DNA of 64,000 nucleotides from a bacterium (GTDB lineage Bacteria; Bacteroidota; Ignavibacteria; Kapaibacteriales; Kapaibacteriaceae): NCBI GenBank assembly GCA_034440235.1, contig JAWXBR010000013.1, positions 2,188 to 66,187 of the forward strand, read 5' to 3'. Shown piece by piece: positions 46,953 to 57,300 of this stretch (position 1 is its first letter; each line of letters starts with the position of its first letter). The notes under the pieces were generated by a model. It saw only the letters and a program-made list of their open reading frames with translations, ran no database searches and was not told where the DNA came from. The position numbers and the translations under genes were made by a program.

Positions 46953-48404
46953 CTACGTATTTGCGACATCAATGGCTTTTAGCAGAAGTTGCCAAAGTGC
47001 CCTGGGCTCTAGGAGAGTCTCGTATGGATCTGCGGAGGAGGTGAGTGATAGTGCCGCCTCGTAGTCGGTAAAATGAAGTGACTTCCTAGCTGCGGTTAGA
47101 CTGAGGCTGCTGTCGGAGAGCTTTTTAAGGAGGCGCGCAAGTAGCCAAAGAGGAACCTCCTTTTTTAGCGCCGGCTTTCGCGCGACGTGACGGTGAAGAG
47201 TGGTAATTGCTTCGCTGATTTTGTCTGCATTGCCGTACTGTGCCGCAGTGAACACTGCAATGACTAGTGTGTCTGTATAGTGCTGCTGTGCTACATGGGG
47301 ACTTAATTCTATTGTTTTACGAGCACCAATAATTGTCTGAGCGTATAGTGCTCGAATATTGAGGAAGTCGACGAATGCCAACGGACGCTTCTTTGTTGCT
47401 TTTTGCTTGCGAGCAGCCGTTGCCGTGGCATGTGCCTCAGAATATCTTCCCGCGTCGAGCAAATGTCCGACTAGGTTAGACATGCCCTGATACCAGGTAT
47501 TAGATCCTAATACAGAAAGAGCGATGACCTTTCTTGATTCAATAATCCCACGTTTGAACTTGTGCGTATGGGTAAAAAGAAACACCCTCTCTAGCAAATA
47601 CTCTCGCTCAGCCGGAATGTCAAACAATCCAAGCTCAATGAGTTTTGAGCGGGTACGATCGAGCCAACTTAGACCAAAATCAACATCATCGTTAACCTGC
47701 GCAATCGTCTTGGCAAGCCTAGTGGCGATGATTACAACCAACAGTGAGTACGATTTTCTCGGAATCATAGATAATGCTTCCGTAGCAACATTGGCCTAGC
47801 GTCTTAGCACCTCTTGTTCGCGAGGAGACCTGGCGGGAACGGCCAGTTCTATCCATTGTGCATATAAGCTGGTTACTAATGAAGCTTGTGCTGAAGCCCG
47901 ATGAGCACTCCGCAACGCATCGTTCGCTTTCCTTCGTTCACCGTTGGTCGCGTAATCGAGAGCAAACTTGAGATAAATACCAGGTTCGAACCAGGCTTGA
48001 TCAGGTTGTACGATGAGCTTAAGTGCGTCATGAAGATGCTTACGTCCGATATCTCTACCGGACAATCGGAACAACGTTTCGCCAATACTTAAGCTCCTGT
48101 GAAACTGTAGTGCCTCTCGCTGCCGCACAGACAAGTCAGACGAGATCGTGCACATTAAAATCGCTTGAGCAAGCCGTTGTTGCAGTCTTTCGCAACGCTT
48201 TCGATACGCGGCATTAACTTTCGCACGCTTGCGGTACCAATGCTTGAGGAGATCAAAGTCTGACTGGAATTGTCGCAAATGTACTTGCTGTACCACAAAA
48301 TTATCTGCTTGTGGTAGGTATGCTAGTAGGTGTACAGGTGCTGAAAAGCCTTTCCCGACAAGCATGGATAGACATTGTGTGTATTCATTTATTTGTTGAT
48401 ACAT
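46953..48404 (-). pseudogene. About 483-aa helical (TPR-like) protein interrupted by an in-frame TAG at 47796-47798
   Basis: ORFs 47796-48404 and 46953-47768 are in the same frame, joined by 9 sense codons: EVLRR*ANVATEALSMIPR. Confidence 0.7.
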
Positions 48405-48538
48405 ATAATAAACTAGTACGCTGACAAAATAATGACTGTCGCATTAGATCAACAACTGGTAGCAAAATAGCTTTTCCTGATGAGAAAGTTGCGTGTGTTA
48501 CGTACACGACATAAACAACTTTCAAACAGGAGATTCAC

Positions 48539-48742
48539 ATGGAAATGCTCATCGCCATTCTCTTATGGATTGGCTGTATTAGTGCGCCAAATTCATACAC
48601 AACTCAGGCAATTGATAACTATGCGACCACGAACGAAGTAGTTGTTAACAGTGTGTTGAGTAGTCAGGCTCAACAACAAGTGATTTGGAACCAGTATGGC
48701 TATGCCGTACCATCCGTACAAGTGATTAACCCAACAGAGTAG
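48539..48742 (+). CDS. Small hypothetical protein with a hydrophobic N-terminus (67 aa)
   Basis: AGGAG upstream of the ATG; LIAILLWIGC hydrophobic stretch. Confidence 0.55.
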   Translation: MEMLIAILLWIGCISAPNSYTTQAIDNYATTNEVVVNSVLSSQAQQQVIWNQYGYAVPSVQVINPTE

Positions 48743-48793
48743 CCCCCTTTCCCAGCCCCTTACCCGTCCAGCACGTTAGCCGTACCTTTGTGT

Positions 48794-50116
48794 ATGGGAT
48801 TAGTAGCTATCGTAGGCCGACCGAATGTCGGCAAGTCAACCTTGTTCAATAGGATTATCGAGGAACGCCACGCAATTGTGGAGAGTGTTCCTGGGGTTAC
48901 GCGCGACCGGATCTATGCAACAGGGGAGTGGGCGGGTAAGAACTTTCATCTGGTGGATACGGGTGGGATTGTGCCCGATAGCATGGAGGTGTTCGATAAG
49001 GCCATTCGTGAGCAGGCGCAGTTGGCAATGGATGAGGCCGATGTGATTGTGTTTGTGGTGGATGGACGTGACGGACTTATGCCTGTCGATCATCAGATTG
49101 GTGAGCAGTTGCGTCGTGCGAAAACACCGGTGGTGCTGGTTGTTAACAAAAGTGATAATGCAAATCAGGATTTGAATGCGTCGGAGTTTTATGCACTCGG
49201 ACTTGGTGAGCCGTTTGCGATTAGTGCACTGAACGGACGTAGCACGGGCGAATTTCTCGATCGTGTTATAGAGCAGTTGCCGAATGAAGACGCACTCGAA
49301 GAAGACACACGTCTGAAGATTGCAATTGTGGGACGTCCGAATACCGGTAAGTCTTCGCTTACAAATGCCTTGCTCGGAAAAGAGCGCATGGTCGTAACAC
49401 CAATTGCTGGCACTACGCGCGATGCAATTGATAGCGTTGTGAAGTTTTACGGCGAAGAGATTGTGCTTATCGATACCGCAGGCTTGCGACGTCGTAGTCA
49501 GATTAAAGAGTCGATTGAACTCTTTAGCGTTATGCGCACCGCACGTGCTATTGAGCGGTGTGATGTGGCCGTGGTGATGATAGATGCGACGGTCGGACTC
49601 GAGACGCAAGACAAACGGATTATGGGTCAGGTCGAAGAGGCTCGTAAGGGGCTCATCGTCGCGGTGAACAAGTGGGACTTAATGGAAAAAGAGACGAGCA
49701 CTGCCGACAACTTCACGAAGTCGATGAAGGAGCAGCTGCCGAACATGGATTACGCTCCAACGGTGTTTATTAGCGCGCTTACCAAGCAGCGTATTACCCG
49801 AGTAATTGAGATGGGCAAGGACATCCAGGCCCGCCGCCTGGCCCGCATCCCTACACATGAGCTGAACGAAAAGCTCATCGAAATCTTCGAAAAGACCCCT
49901 CCCCCAAGTGTGAAGGGGCGAGATTTACGCATCAACTACGTAACACAAGTGCGGACTGCGCCGCCGATATTCGCCTTCTTCAGCAATCACCCTGAACTGA
50001 TTCCAGAAAACTACAAGCGGTTCATGGAAAGACAGCTTCGGCAACTGTATGATTTTGAAGGCGTGCCTATTAGTTTTCTCTTCCGTAAGAAAAACAAAAG
50101 AGAAGAGCACTACTGA
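48794..50116 (+). CDS. der: Ribosome biogenesis GTPase Der (EngA)
   Basis: Tandem G domains GRPNVGKS/DTGG and GRPNTGKS/DTAG; KH-like C-domain. Confidence 0.98.
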   Translation: MGLVAIVGRPNVGKSTLFNRIIEERHAIVESVPGVTRDRIYATGEWAGKNFHLVDTGGIVPDSMEVFDKAIREQAQLAMDEADVIVFVVDGRDGLMPVDHQIGEQLRRAKTPVVLVVNKSDNANQDLNASEFYALGLGEPFAISALNGRSTGEFLDRVIEQLPNEDALEEDTRLKIAIVGRPNTGKSSLTNALLGKERMVVTPIAGTTRDAIDSVVKFYGEEIVLIDTAGLRRRSQIKESIELFSVMRTARAIERCDVAVVMIDATVGLETQDKRIMGQVEEARKGLIVAVNKWDLMEKETSTADNFTKSMKEQLPNMDYAPTVFISALTKQRITRVIEMGKDIQARRLARIPTHELNEKLIEIFEKTPPPSVKGRDLRINYVTQVRTAPPIFAFFSNHPELIPENYKRFMERQLRQLYDFEGVPISFLFRKKNKREEHY

Positions 50117-50175
50117 GATAAGCGCTAGCCTGAGTGTGTGATGCGAGGTCTATTCGGACATTCTTTGGAGTGGAC

Positions 50176-50979
50176 ATGCAACGACGAACATTACTCAGGT
50201 CGATAGCAACACTTGCGCCTGCGGCGTTTGCACCTGCTGCGTTTGCACCAACAGTATTTGCCAGTGGCGCACGAAGCAGCGTTCTGCCTTGGTTGATGAA
50301 TAACGTGGGCGACGCACATCCCGAGAACGAAGAGTATTGGTTGCGCGTGCGCGATGCATTCGACATAGACCACACGCTCATCAACCTTAACAACGGCGGC
50401 GTGAGTCCGGCGCCGCGCACAGTAATTCAGGCTATTAAGTCCGGCATGGACCGCTCGAACCTTGCACCTGCCTATGAGATGTGGCGCAATCAGGAGCCAC
50501 GTGTTGAATCGGTGCGCACGTCTCTTGCGACAATGTTTGGCGTCGACAGCGAAGAGGTTGCAATTACACGCAATGCAAGCGAAGCGCTCGAAACAGCGTT
50601 GCTCGGCATTACCATGCAAGCGGGTGACAGCATTGTAACGACGACGCAAGATTATCCGCGCATGCTTACGACGTTAGATCAGCGCGTAAAGCGCGATGGC
50701 ATAGTGCTAACCAAGGTACGTCAGGATGCACCCGTTGTAAACGAAGACGATTTTGTGCGACGCTTTGCCGATGCAATTACGCCGCGCACGAAGGCAGTGC
50801 TTGTGTCGCACGTTGTGTTTCTGACCGGACAAATCAATCCCGTCAAAAAAATCTGCGACCTCGCTCGCGAGCGTGGTGTGATAAGCATCGTCGACGGTGC
50901 ACATTCGTTTGCGCACTTCCCCTTCAAACAAAATGACCTTGGCTGCGATGTGTACGGCAGCTCGCTACACAAGTGGTAG
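50176..50979 (+). pseudogene. Tat-signal class V aminotransferase truncated right after the PLP-lysine motif
   Basis: MQRRTLL; INLNNGG, VAITRNASE, IVDGAH, GSSLHKW then TAG. The downstream frames do not continue the family; the C-terminal domain is missing. Confidence 0.8.
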
Positions 50980-51525
50980 ATGGGAAAGTGGATGGCCTGC
51001 GGAGCTAACGCTATAGGTGGTGCGCACCTTCGTCTGGTGATTGATGCTTATGCCAAGGTGGCAAATGCATCCTTGGCTGGTCGGACTGGTCAATCCCATG
51101 CTCTATTTCCTGCGGACAGTAAAACACGTGTGAATAAACCTTGCCCAATCGATGCGTAACATGTGCAGAACAGATTGTTGTTTTCGATGGTAACCGTGTT
51201 TAGGTTGTAGGCAGTACAGTACTGTAACTGAAGTCACATTCTTGTTCTGGCCGTTTACATCGTACTACGCTCGAACCAGCATCGACCGCTGTGCTGATTC
51301 CTACGCGGTACTTGTGTAAGACACTGAAGACATATCCCATGGATTCCTGCGGCTGACCTCCGCACTATAGAGTCCTCTAAATGCAGATGTCACGTACTGC
51401 GTGGAATGACGCCATTCTACGATTCATTCTTCGAGCTATCGCCAAGCGTTGCACGTCCTGTGCCGACGTGCTGTATTTGATTATCGACACATCGTCATAA
51501 AATTTTTCAACTCACGGAGGTTGCT

Positions 51526-52832
51526 ATGAGTCGCGTGTTTTCTATCGCGAAGCCGCTGCATTGGACTCCAGTTCAAAAGGGCTTCGCCATTGCCTTGGTT
51601 CTTGCTGTTGTAGTTTCTCTTTCCGGTCTGCTCGTAGTACGACCGTACAGCGGACCTGAGTTTGCTTCTGCTTCAAACCCTCTTCATTACTACTATATGG
51701 CCGAACATCCGATCGGTAGCTTTCATGTAGCACCATTCTGTTGGCGCATTGGCCTGCCGTGGCTTGTTCAGTCAACAGGACTGCCAACAGTATAGGCATT
51801 CCAGTGGATCAACACGATCGCATTCGTGTTTGGTATCGGATTCCTATACGCTGCCGCCACACGCCTCGGTCTATCCGCTGTTTCTGCATTGCTGGCTGTG
51901 CTGCTGTATTTGTCGTCACCTTGGACGACTAAGATGCTCTTCCTTACGCCATGGATCACGGATGGACTATTCTATGCCATGGTCTGTGCCGCACTATGGG
52001 CCTCAGCAACCAGAAACGCTGTCTTCCTTATTATTCTGACGCTGACAGGAGTATTTGTTCGAGAGACCGCCCTGCTTTTTCCAATTTTGTTTGTGCTGGT
52101 TGGGCTGTTTTCCGGAGAGAAATTTCGTGCCCGCATTGTGCCAATGGCGATTACATGCTTGGCGGGTTTTGCAGTCGTACTGGCCATACAGAAGGCGATT
52201 CCTGCGTGGAACAGTGATGCCGGATACCTCCGAACGTTACCTTCTCAGGCACTACTGTATTTCGACAAAGAAGCTACTGATCCCTACGAGGCGGCTCTAT
52301 CTGTACCTACAGCTCGCCATGAGGTGATCGTCTACACTGTTGCTTGGCGACTAGCACATCTCAATGCTCCGAGCTGAACGCGGTTAGTGTTGGCGCATGG
52401 GGACTCGCTTCTGCGATACTATGTGTGTTGGGATTGTTCAGCCTGAAACAGAAATCTGTTTGGCTACTGCTGTTTTTAGGTGCTACCTACGCGCAGCTTG
52501 CAGGAGGGACAGACTCTCAGCGGTTGTTAACTGCTGGACTGCCGATTCTTGTCATTCTAGCAGGGTTTGCAGTGGAAGAATGGCTTCGCAAAAGAAAAAC
52601 CCAGCGATTTGACGCACTGGTGCTATCGCTGCTCCTGCTCATCGCTGCTAATATCGTATACCCGGCTATGCATCTGCCCATCTGGTTAGAAGCATGTGTT
52701 CTGCTTGGGTCAATTTCTATTGTGTATGCCCTTCAGTTTCTGAAAGGCAGTCTTCGTCTTTCTGAGTTCGAACTCGGTTCAGGTTACAATCATTCCGACC
52801 AAGTCACTAGATTACAGGAGAAACTGCCATGA
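51526..52832 (+). pseudogene. Multi-pass membrane protein (GT-C-like, inference) split by a TAG at 51793 and a frameshift at about 52323-52374
   Basis: ORFs 51526 and 51826 are in frame across one TAG; ORF 52344 continues the hydrophobic pattern in another frame; motifs APFCWRI, TDG, VRET. Confidence 0.7.
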
Positions 52833-52870
52833 ACGTCGTTCATATTGATTTGCGCGAAGTGGATTCTATC

Positions 52871-54376
52871 ATGCATCGTCATGTTTTTATCGTACTGATT
52901 AGCTGCATCTTGAGTGTGGTTAGCCTTAGCGCACAAGACCCCGTAGCCTTCGATGGAAGTCGAGCAAAGGAAATGCAGATCGCGTGGACGAGAACGGCTA
53001 CCCCAAGTGCTCTTGGTGCATATATGCAGAACGTAGCTGACATTCCTGGCTATAACATCGTGACGATGGTTGTGAACGGCGTACCTCGCACATGGCCAAC
53101 CACGCCATTGCTAGATACGACGGCTCGCACGATCAATTGGATCTCTCACCGTCCAAACTACGTTGTCGCTTACGACATCGCAGCGCCGTTTGATTATGAC
53201 GGCATACCACCAATGGAGATCTTCAGCGGCAGAAACATCTTCCGTCCGTCCCCTGATGGTAAAGTGATCACCGCGATTGATTCGGTCGACTGTTTTGGCG
53301 ACAATCCCGATTTCGATCCATACCGATATCGCGTCGATGTCGACGGAAACGGACTGCTGGACATCGCGGCCATGACAACAGGTGGTAGTGGCAAAGATTA
53401 TTGGTTCTCCGCCATCATGAACGGTGCGGGACGCACAAACGGCTGTGGCAAGGTCGTACTGTTCCCCAATATCTACAAGAATCGTGAGCAGCCAGAGCGG
53501 GAGTCGACGCCCGTACGAATCATGCGCTGCGCCGACGGCAAGCTGAGAATCGTGTACGTCGGGTCGATTCACCCATACCTTACGGGCATTTACCTGCTCG
53601 ACGTCAATATCGTGCAAACGGATACGGGTTACGCCGTTAGGTACACCATGGCCGACAGCAGCCAGCAACGGTGGTCTAAATTTGGTGGTGAAGACCCATG
53701 GATCATCAGACCCCTGATTTGCGTGGATGACCAAAAAAATGGCCATCAGTATGCGCTCGTGAACTGGCAGGACGGCTGGCATCGCAATCACAACACTACG
53801 GTGTTGTACGAAGTAAGCAATGGCAAACTAATTGAGCGTGTGTCCACCGTAGGACATATTATTGGAACCTCGATATACACTTTTGACAATGCGTTCGATG
53901 ACGGCGAAGCCGTTGTCTTCTATGGCAAAAATTTTACCCCGTATTTCGCCCGGATAAGCGAATTCTATCGCCCATTCGCGAAAATTCCTTTGGGAGTTTA
54001 CGGTAGGGGCTGGGCTTTCATCGATGATCAATTCGGCGATGGTCGTAAGGACCTGCTTTGTGCCACAGATAGCACCATTTCGTTAGTCAACTTCGATCTT
54101 ACGCCTACCAATGTCATGGTCGAGGACGCGGGTACGCAGGAATGGGTGAGTCTTGAGTCCGGGCGATTGCGGCTGAGTCTTGAACGACCGTCTGTGATTA
54201 ACGTAGACCTCGTGAATGCTATCGGACAGAAGCGGCCCGTCATTGCAGGCTTTAGTGCTCCTTCGGGACCGTCGATGCTGGACATCTCTGCCCAGTTGCA
54301 ATCTCTCCCTCCGGGTGCATGGTTCGTGCGTGTCAGCGACGGTGTTCGGATTGTGTCACTATCCTATCTGAGGTAG
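52871..54376 (+). CDS. Secreted protein with an FG-GAP-like motif and a T9SS CTD
   Basis: Signal peptide; DVDGNGLLDI and DQFGDGRKDL; CTD LVNAIGQ...LPPGAWFVRV. Confidence 0.75.
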   Translation: MHRHVFIVLISCILSVVSLSAQDPVAFDGSRAKEMQIAWTRTATPSALGAYMQNVADIPGYNIVTMVVNGVPRTWPTTPLLDTTARTINWISHRPNYVVAYDIAAPFDYDGIPPMEIFSGRNIFRPSPDGKVITAIDSVDCFGDNPDFDPYRYRVDVDGNGLLDIAAMTTGGSGKDYWFSAIMNGAGRTNGCGKVVLFPNIYKNREQPERESTPVRIMRCADGKLRIVYVGSIHPYLTGIYLLDVNIVQTDTGYAVRYTMADSSQQRWSKFGGEDPWIIRPLICVDDQKNGHQYALVNWQDGWHRNHNTTVLYEVSNGKLIERVSTVGHIIGTSIYTFDNAFDDGEAVVFYGKNFTPYFARISEFYRPFAKIPLGVYGRGWAFIDDQFGDGRKDLLCATDSTISLVNFDLTPTNVMVEDAGTQEWVSLESGRLRLSLERPSVINVDLVNAIGQKRPVIAGFSAPSGPSMLDISAQLQSLPPGAWFVRVSDGVRIVSLSYLR

Positions 54377-54380
54377 TGCC

Positions 54381-57300
54381 ATGAACCATATCATCCGTTT
54401 ACTCATGCTACTTGCAGCGTCGCTGCTCTGCACCACCCTATCCGCCCAAAACACCCTACGTCCACGTCCTCTGAATGAACAGTTCGACGCTACCCATGTG
54501 ACGCCTCCACTAGTTCAGTATCTAGGCGACACTAGTGTGTTCCAGCACAAGAAAAATGGCTTCATCATCGGTGGACAATGGGGTAATGGTGAGTTTCGGA
54601 AAGTAAACCAGGCACTTTCCAACAACTTCGAAAACGGCGGAGGATGGACATTCTTTCGCATGAACGCCACACCTGCAGATACTGCCTATTACGCAAGCAA
54701 ACTGGGCCTGCGGGATCTCGATACCAATGTCGTGAACTATCTCGGCTGGCAGATGTCATGGGGTTATTACCATGACACGGCAGTACAGAAGCAGTGGTTC
54801 CGCTCATGGATTGGTATGCGATGGGAACCTGCCGAAGACTGGCATACTGGGGACTCGTGGACACCTCGTGACAGTGCATCATGGCCGTATGCTTTCCAGT
54901 ATTCGCATCCTCAGGGTATCGTCTCCAGTGATACGACAAACACGAACTACCGACGGTTTATGCTGGACACGTCCCAGTTTTCAAGTGGGGTGCCGATCCG
55001 AGTTCTGGACAGTTGCAATCCGAGGGTCAATCTGTACCGAGGAGCGACCCGTGGTGGTGAGAGCAATACCGACTCCACGGATGGTCTGCGCATGTATCTC
55101 GTGATCAATCTGCGGCGGCTCAGCAGTACAGATACAGACGTAGACGATACCACGGTGCTTCGCCTTCAGGTGCGAGGTAACAGATTCGAGCCGGATGTTA
55201 CCAGTGACAACCCTGACGAATATCTACCCGCTCATTTCAATTTCAACCGCATTCCGGACGGGACTGGATCATTATACAACCTGCGTGAAGGACGCGGCAA
55301 GGTCCTGCGCATGGTCAACGCTGGTCTCGACACGACCAACGAAATGCATATCACCCGGCGTATGCTGCCTACTGGAAGCAACAGGGACATCACGATCACC
55401 GCAGAGTTTATGACGGACACTGTCTATGGGCAGAACGCCTTCGGCTGGTGGCGAGATCTCCATGCACATCTGAAGACAGAGGAAATACTGAATCACGGCA
55501 CCGTTGGGACGCAGTTCACAAAGATCGACACGATGACACCCATAGTCTGGTTCTATGACAGTACCTCTGTTGCGATTCAGAGCATTTCGATTGTAACACC
55601 GTATACATTTCATGCTTTATGCGGCGCGTATGATTCGGCTTACGCTGTGGCTCTGAACGCAGATTTCCGCACCATTGACTCGGTGCGCAAATTCTACCGT
55701 GACAGCGTTGGATGTCAGAAGCCTCTGTACATCGAGCACCTGTATGGTGTCGATGAAATCGGGACCCGTGATGATCTGGGCATGTACTATCGATCACATC
55801 TGCTGAATGGCTTCTGCAATACGGAAACAGGCTATGAGGGTCCACACTGGAGAAGTAACTATCGGGTCAGTGACGCTCGCAAGCGAATGCATATCATGCC
55901 CTTCGCGTTCTTCTGGACATCGGGCCTTGGCTTCACAGGCACATTTACGCCGTCGCCAATGTTCCCCTACTCAGACCCAGACCTGGTTAAGTCACCCTAC
56001 CTGACCTTGAATCTTCGTCAGGGCTATGATCACGGTCTTCAGGCGATTTCGCTCCGTAGGCCGTACGCCGCTGCCTACGAGACCCTCGGAAGCACCAACT
56101 ACTTCATTTCTAACTATGAACCGTTCGGAAGCCCACTGGCGGCAAAGTTTGCCCCTGATAGTGTCTATGAACGCATTATGACGCCGGACGGTCTCGTTGG
56201 TGCGATGGGTACGTGGGAAAAGTCCCTCTACATCCATTTCTACAAAAACAACTGGTTCTTCACCAAACCGAAGACCCCGTGGATTACCCACGCGTTTTAC
56301 CACTACCGCATGAATCTTGGATGGAAATCGGACAGCTCCGATACCTTCGTGCAACTTGTAAACTGGAGACCACAAAGTGGTGAAGAAGTGCGGTTGGAAC
56401 TATCGACCGCACTGGCCTTTGGAAGTAAGGGGTTTGCATACGACAAGATGAAGGATGTGTCTGCGGTGAGCCACAAATCACCAGCACAGGTCGTGAGTCA
56501 GTTCGGAAGACATGACACGATCAACCATGTCGAGCCGGGCATGATCATGAACAAGTATACCAAAAACTGGGATACGGACACAAACTCCAAACCAAGCAAC
56601 ATCCTTCAAAAAGACTCTCTCGGCGGTGACTATTTCCCTGCGGACGATCCATGGCACATGGATGAATTCAGGTCACGAGCCTCCGTCGCCAGTGCCATGC
56701 AACTGCACCGCTGCTTTGGCAACGACAGTACCAATCGCATTTACCTCGGTCAGAAAAGTATGCGCTGCGAAGTGAAGAAGTGGCATGACCTGGTGACTCA
56801 CGCCGACTTCAAGGATGTGCTGTATCGCATGCAACCTGTATCCTGGTACGGTCAGGGGTATCGTAAACTCATCAAAGGCAACATGTCCGACCTGAATTAT
56901 TGGATCGACACGACGAAAGCCAATCTGAAGATGTACCTGTGGACCAAGGACAGCGTGTCGGACTACGAGTACGCCCTACGTCCCGAGTCGATACCCGAAC
57001 GATTCTATGATTATGTGCTGCTGGACATCGCCCCGGGAACGGCAGCTGTTCACGACAGTTGTGTGCTTGCCGTCATCAACCGACGTACCGCCCCTGGCAT
57101 CATCGACTTCACACGCACGGATTCCATCGAGGTGCTGTCGACCTACGATTTCGATCAGCGCGTTCTTTCCCAGCCGGAGTATCGCTATCGTCAGCTTGGT
57201 GCGCGGCGCATCGTCATACCGTTCAAATACGATCAGGCTGCTACGACGCCGTCGCTTCTGCATGTGAAGGAAATATCCCTTGACTCGGTGGTACGCATCG

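Noticed and set aside
48836-49609. 257-aa minus-strand ORF
   Set aside because: Antisense to der.
50980-51159. 59-aa ORF after the aminotransferase TAG as its read-through continuation
   Set aside because: The sequence does not resemble the class V aminotransferase C-terminal domain and is far too short.
53111-53791. 226-aa minus-strand ORF
   Set aside because: Antisense to the secreted FG-GAP-like gene.
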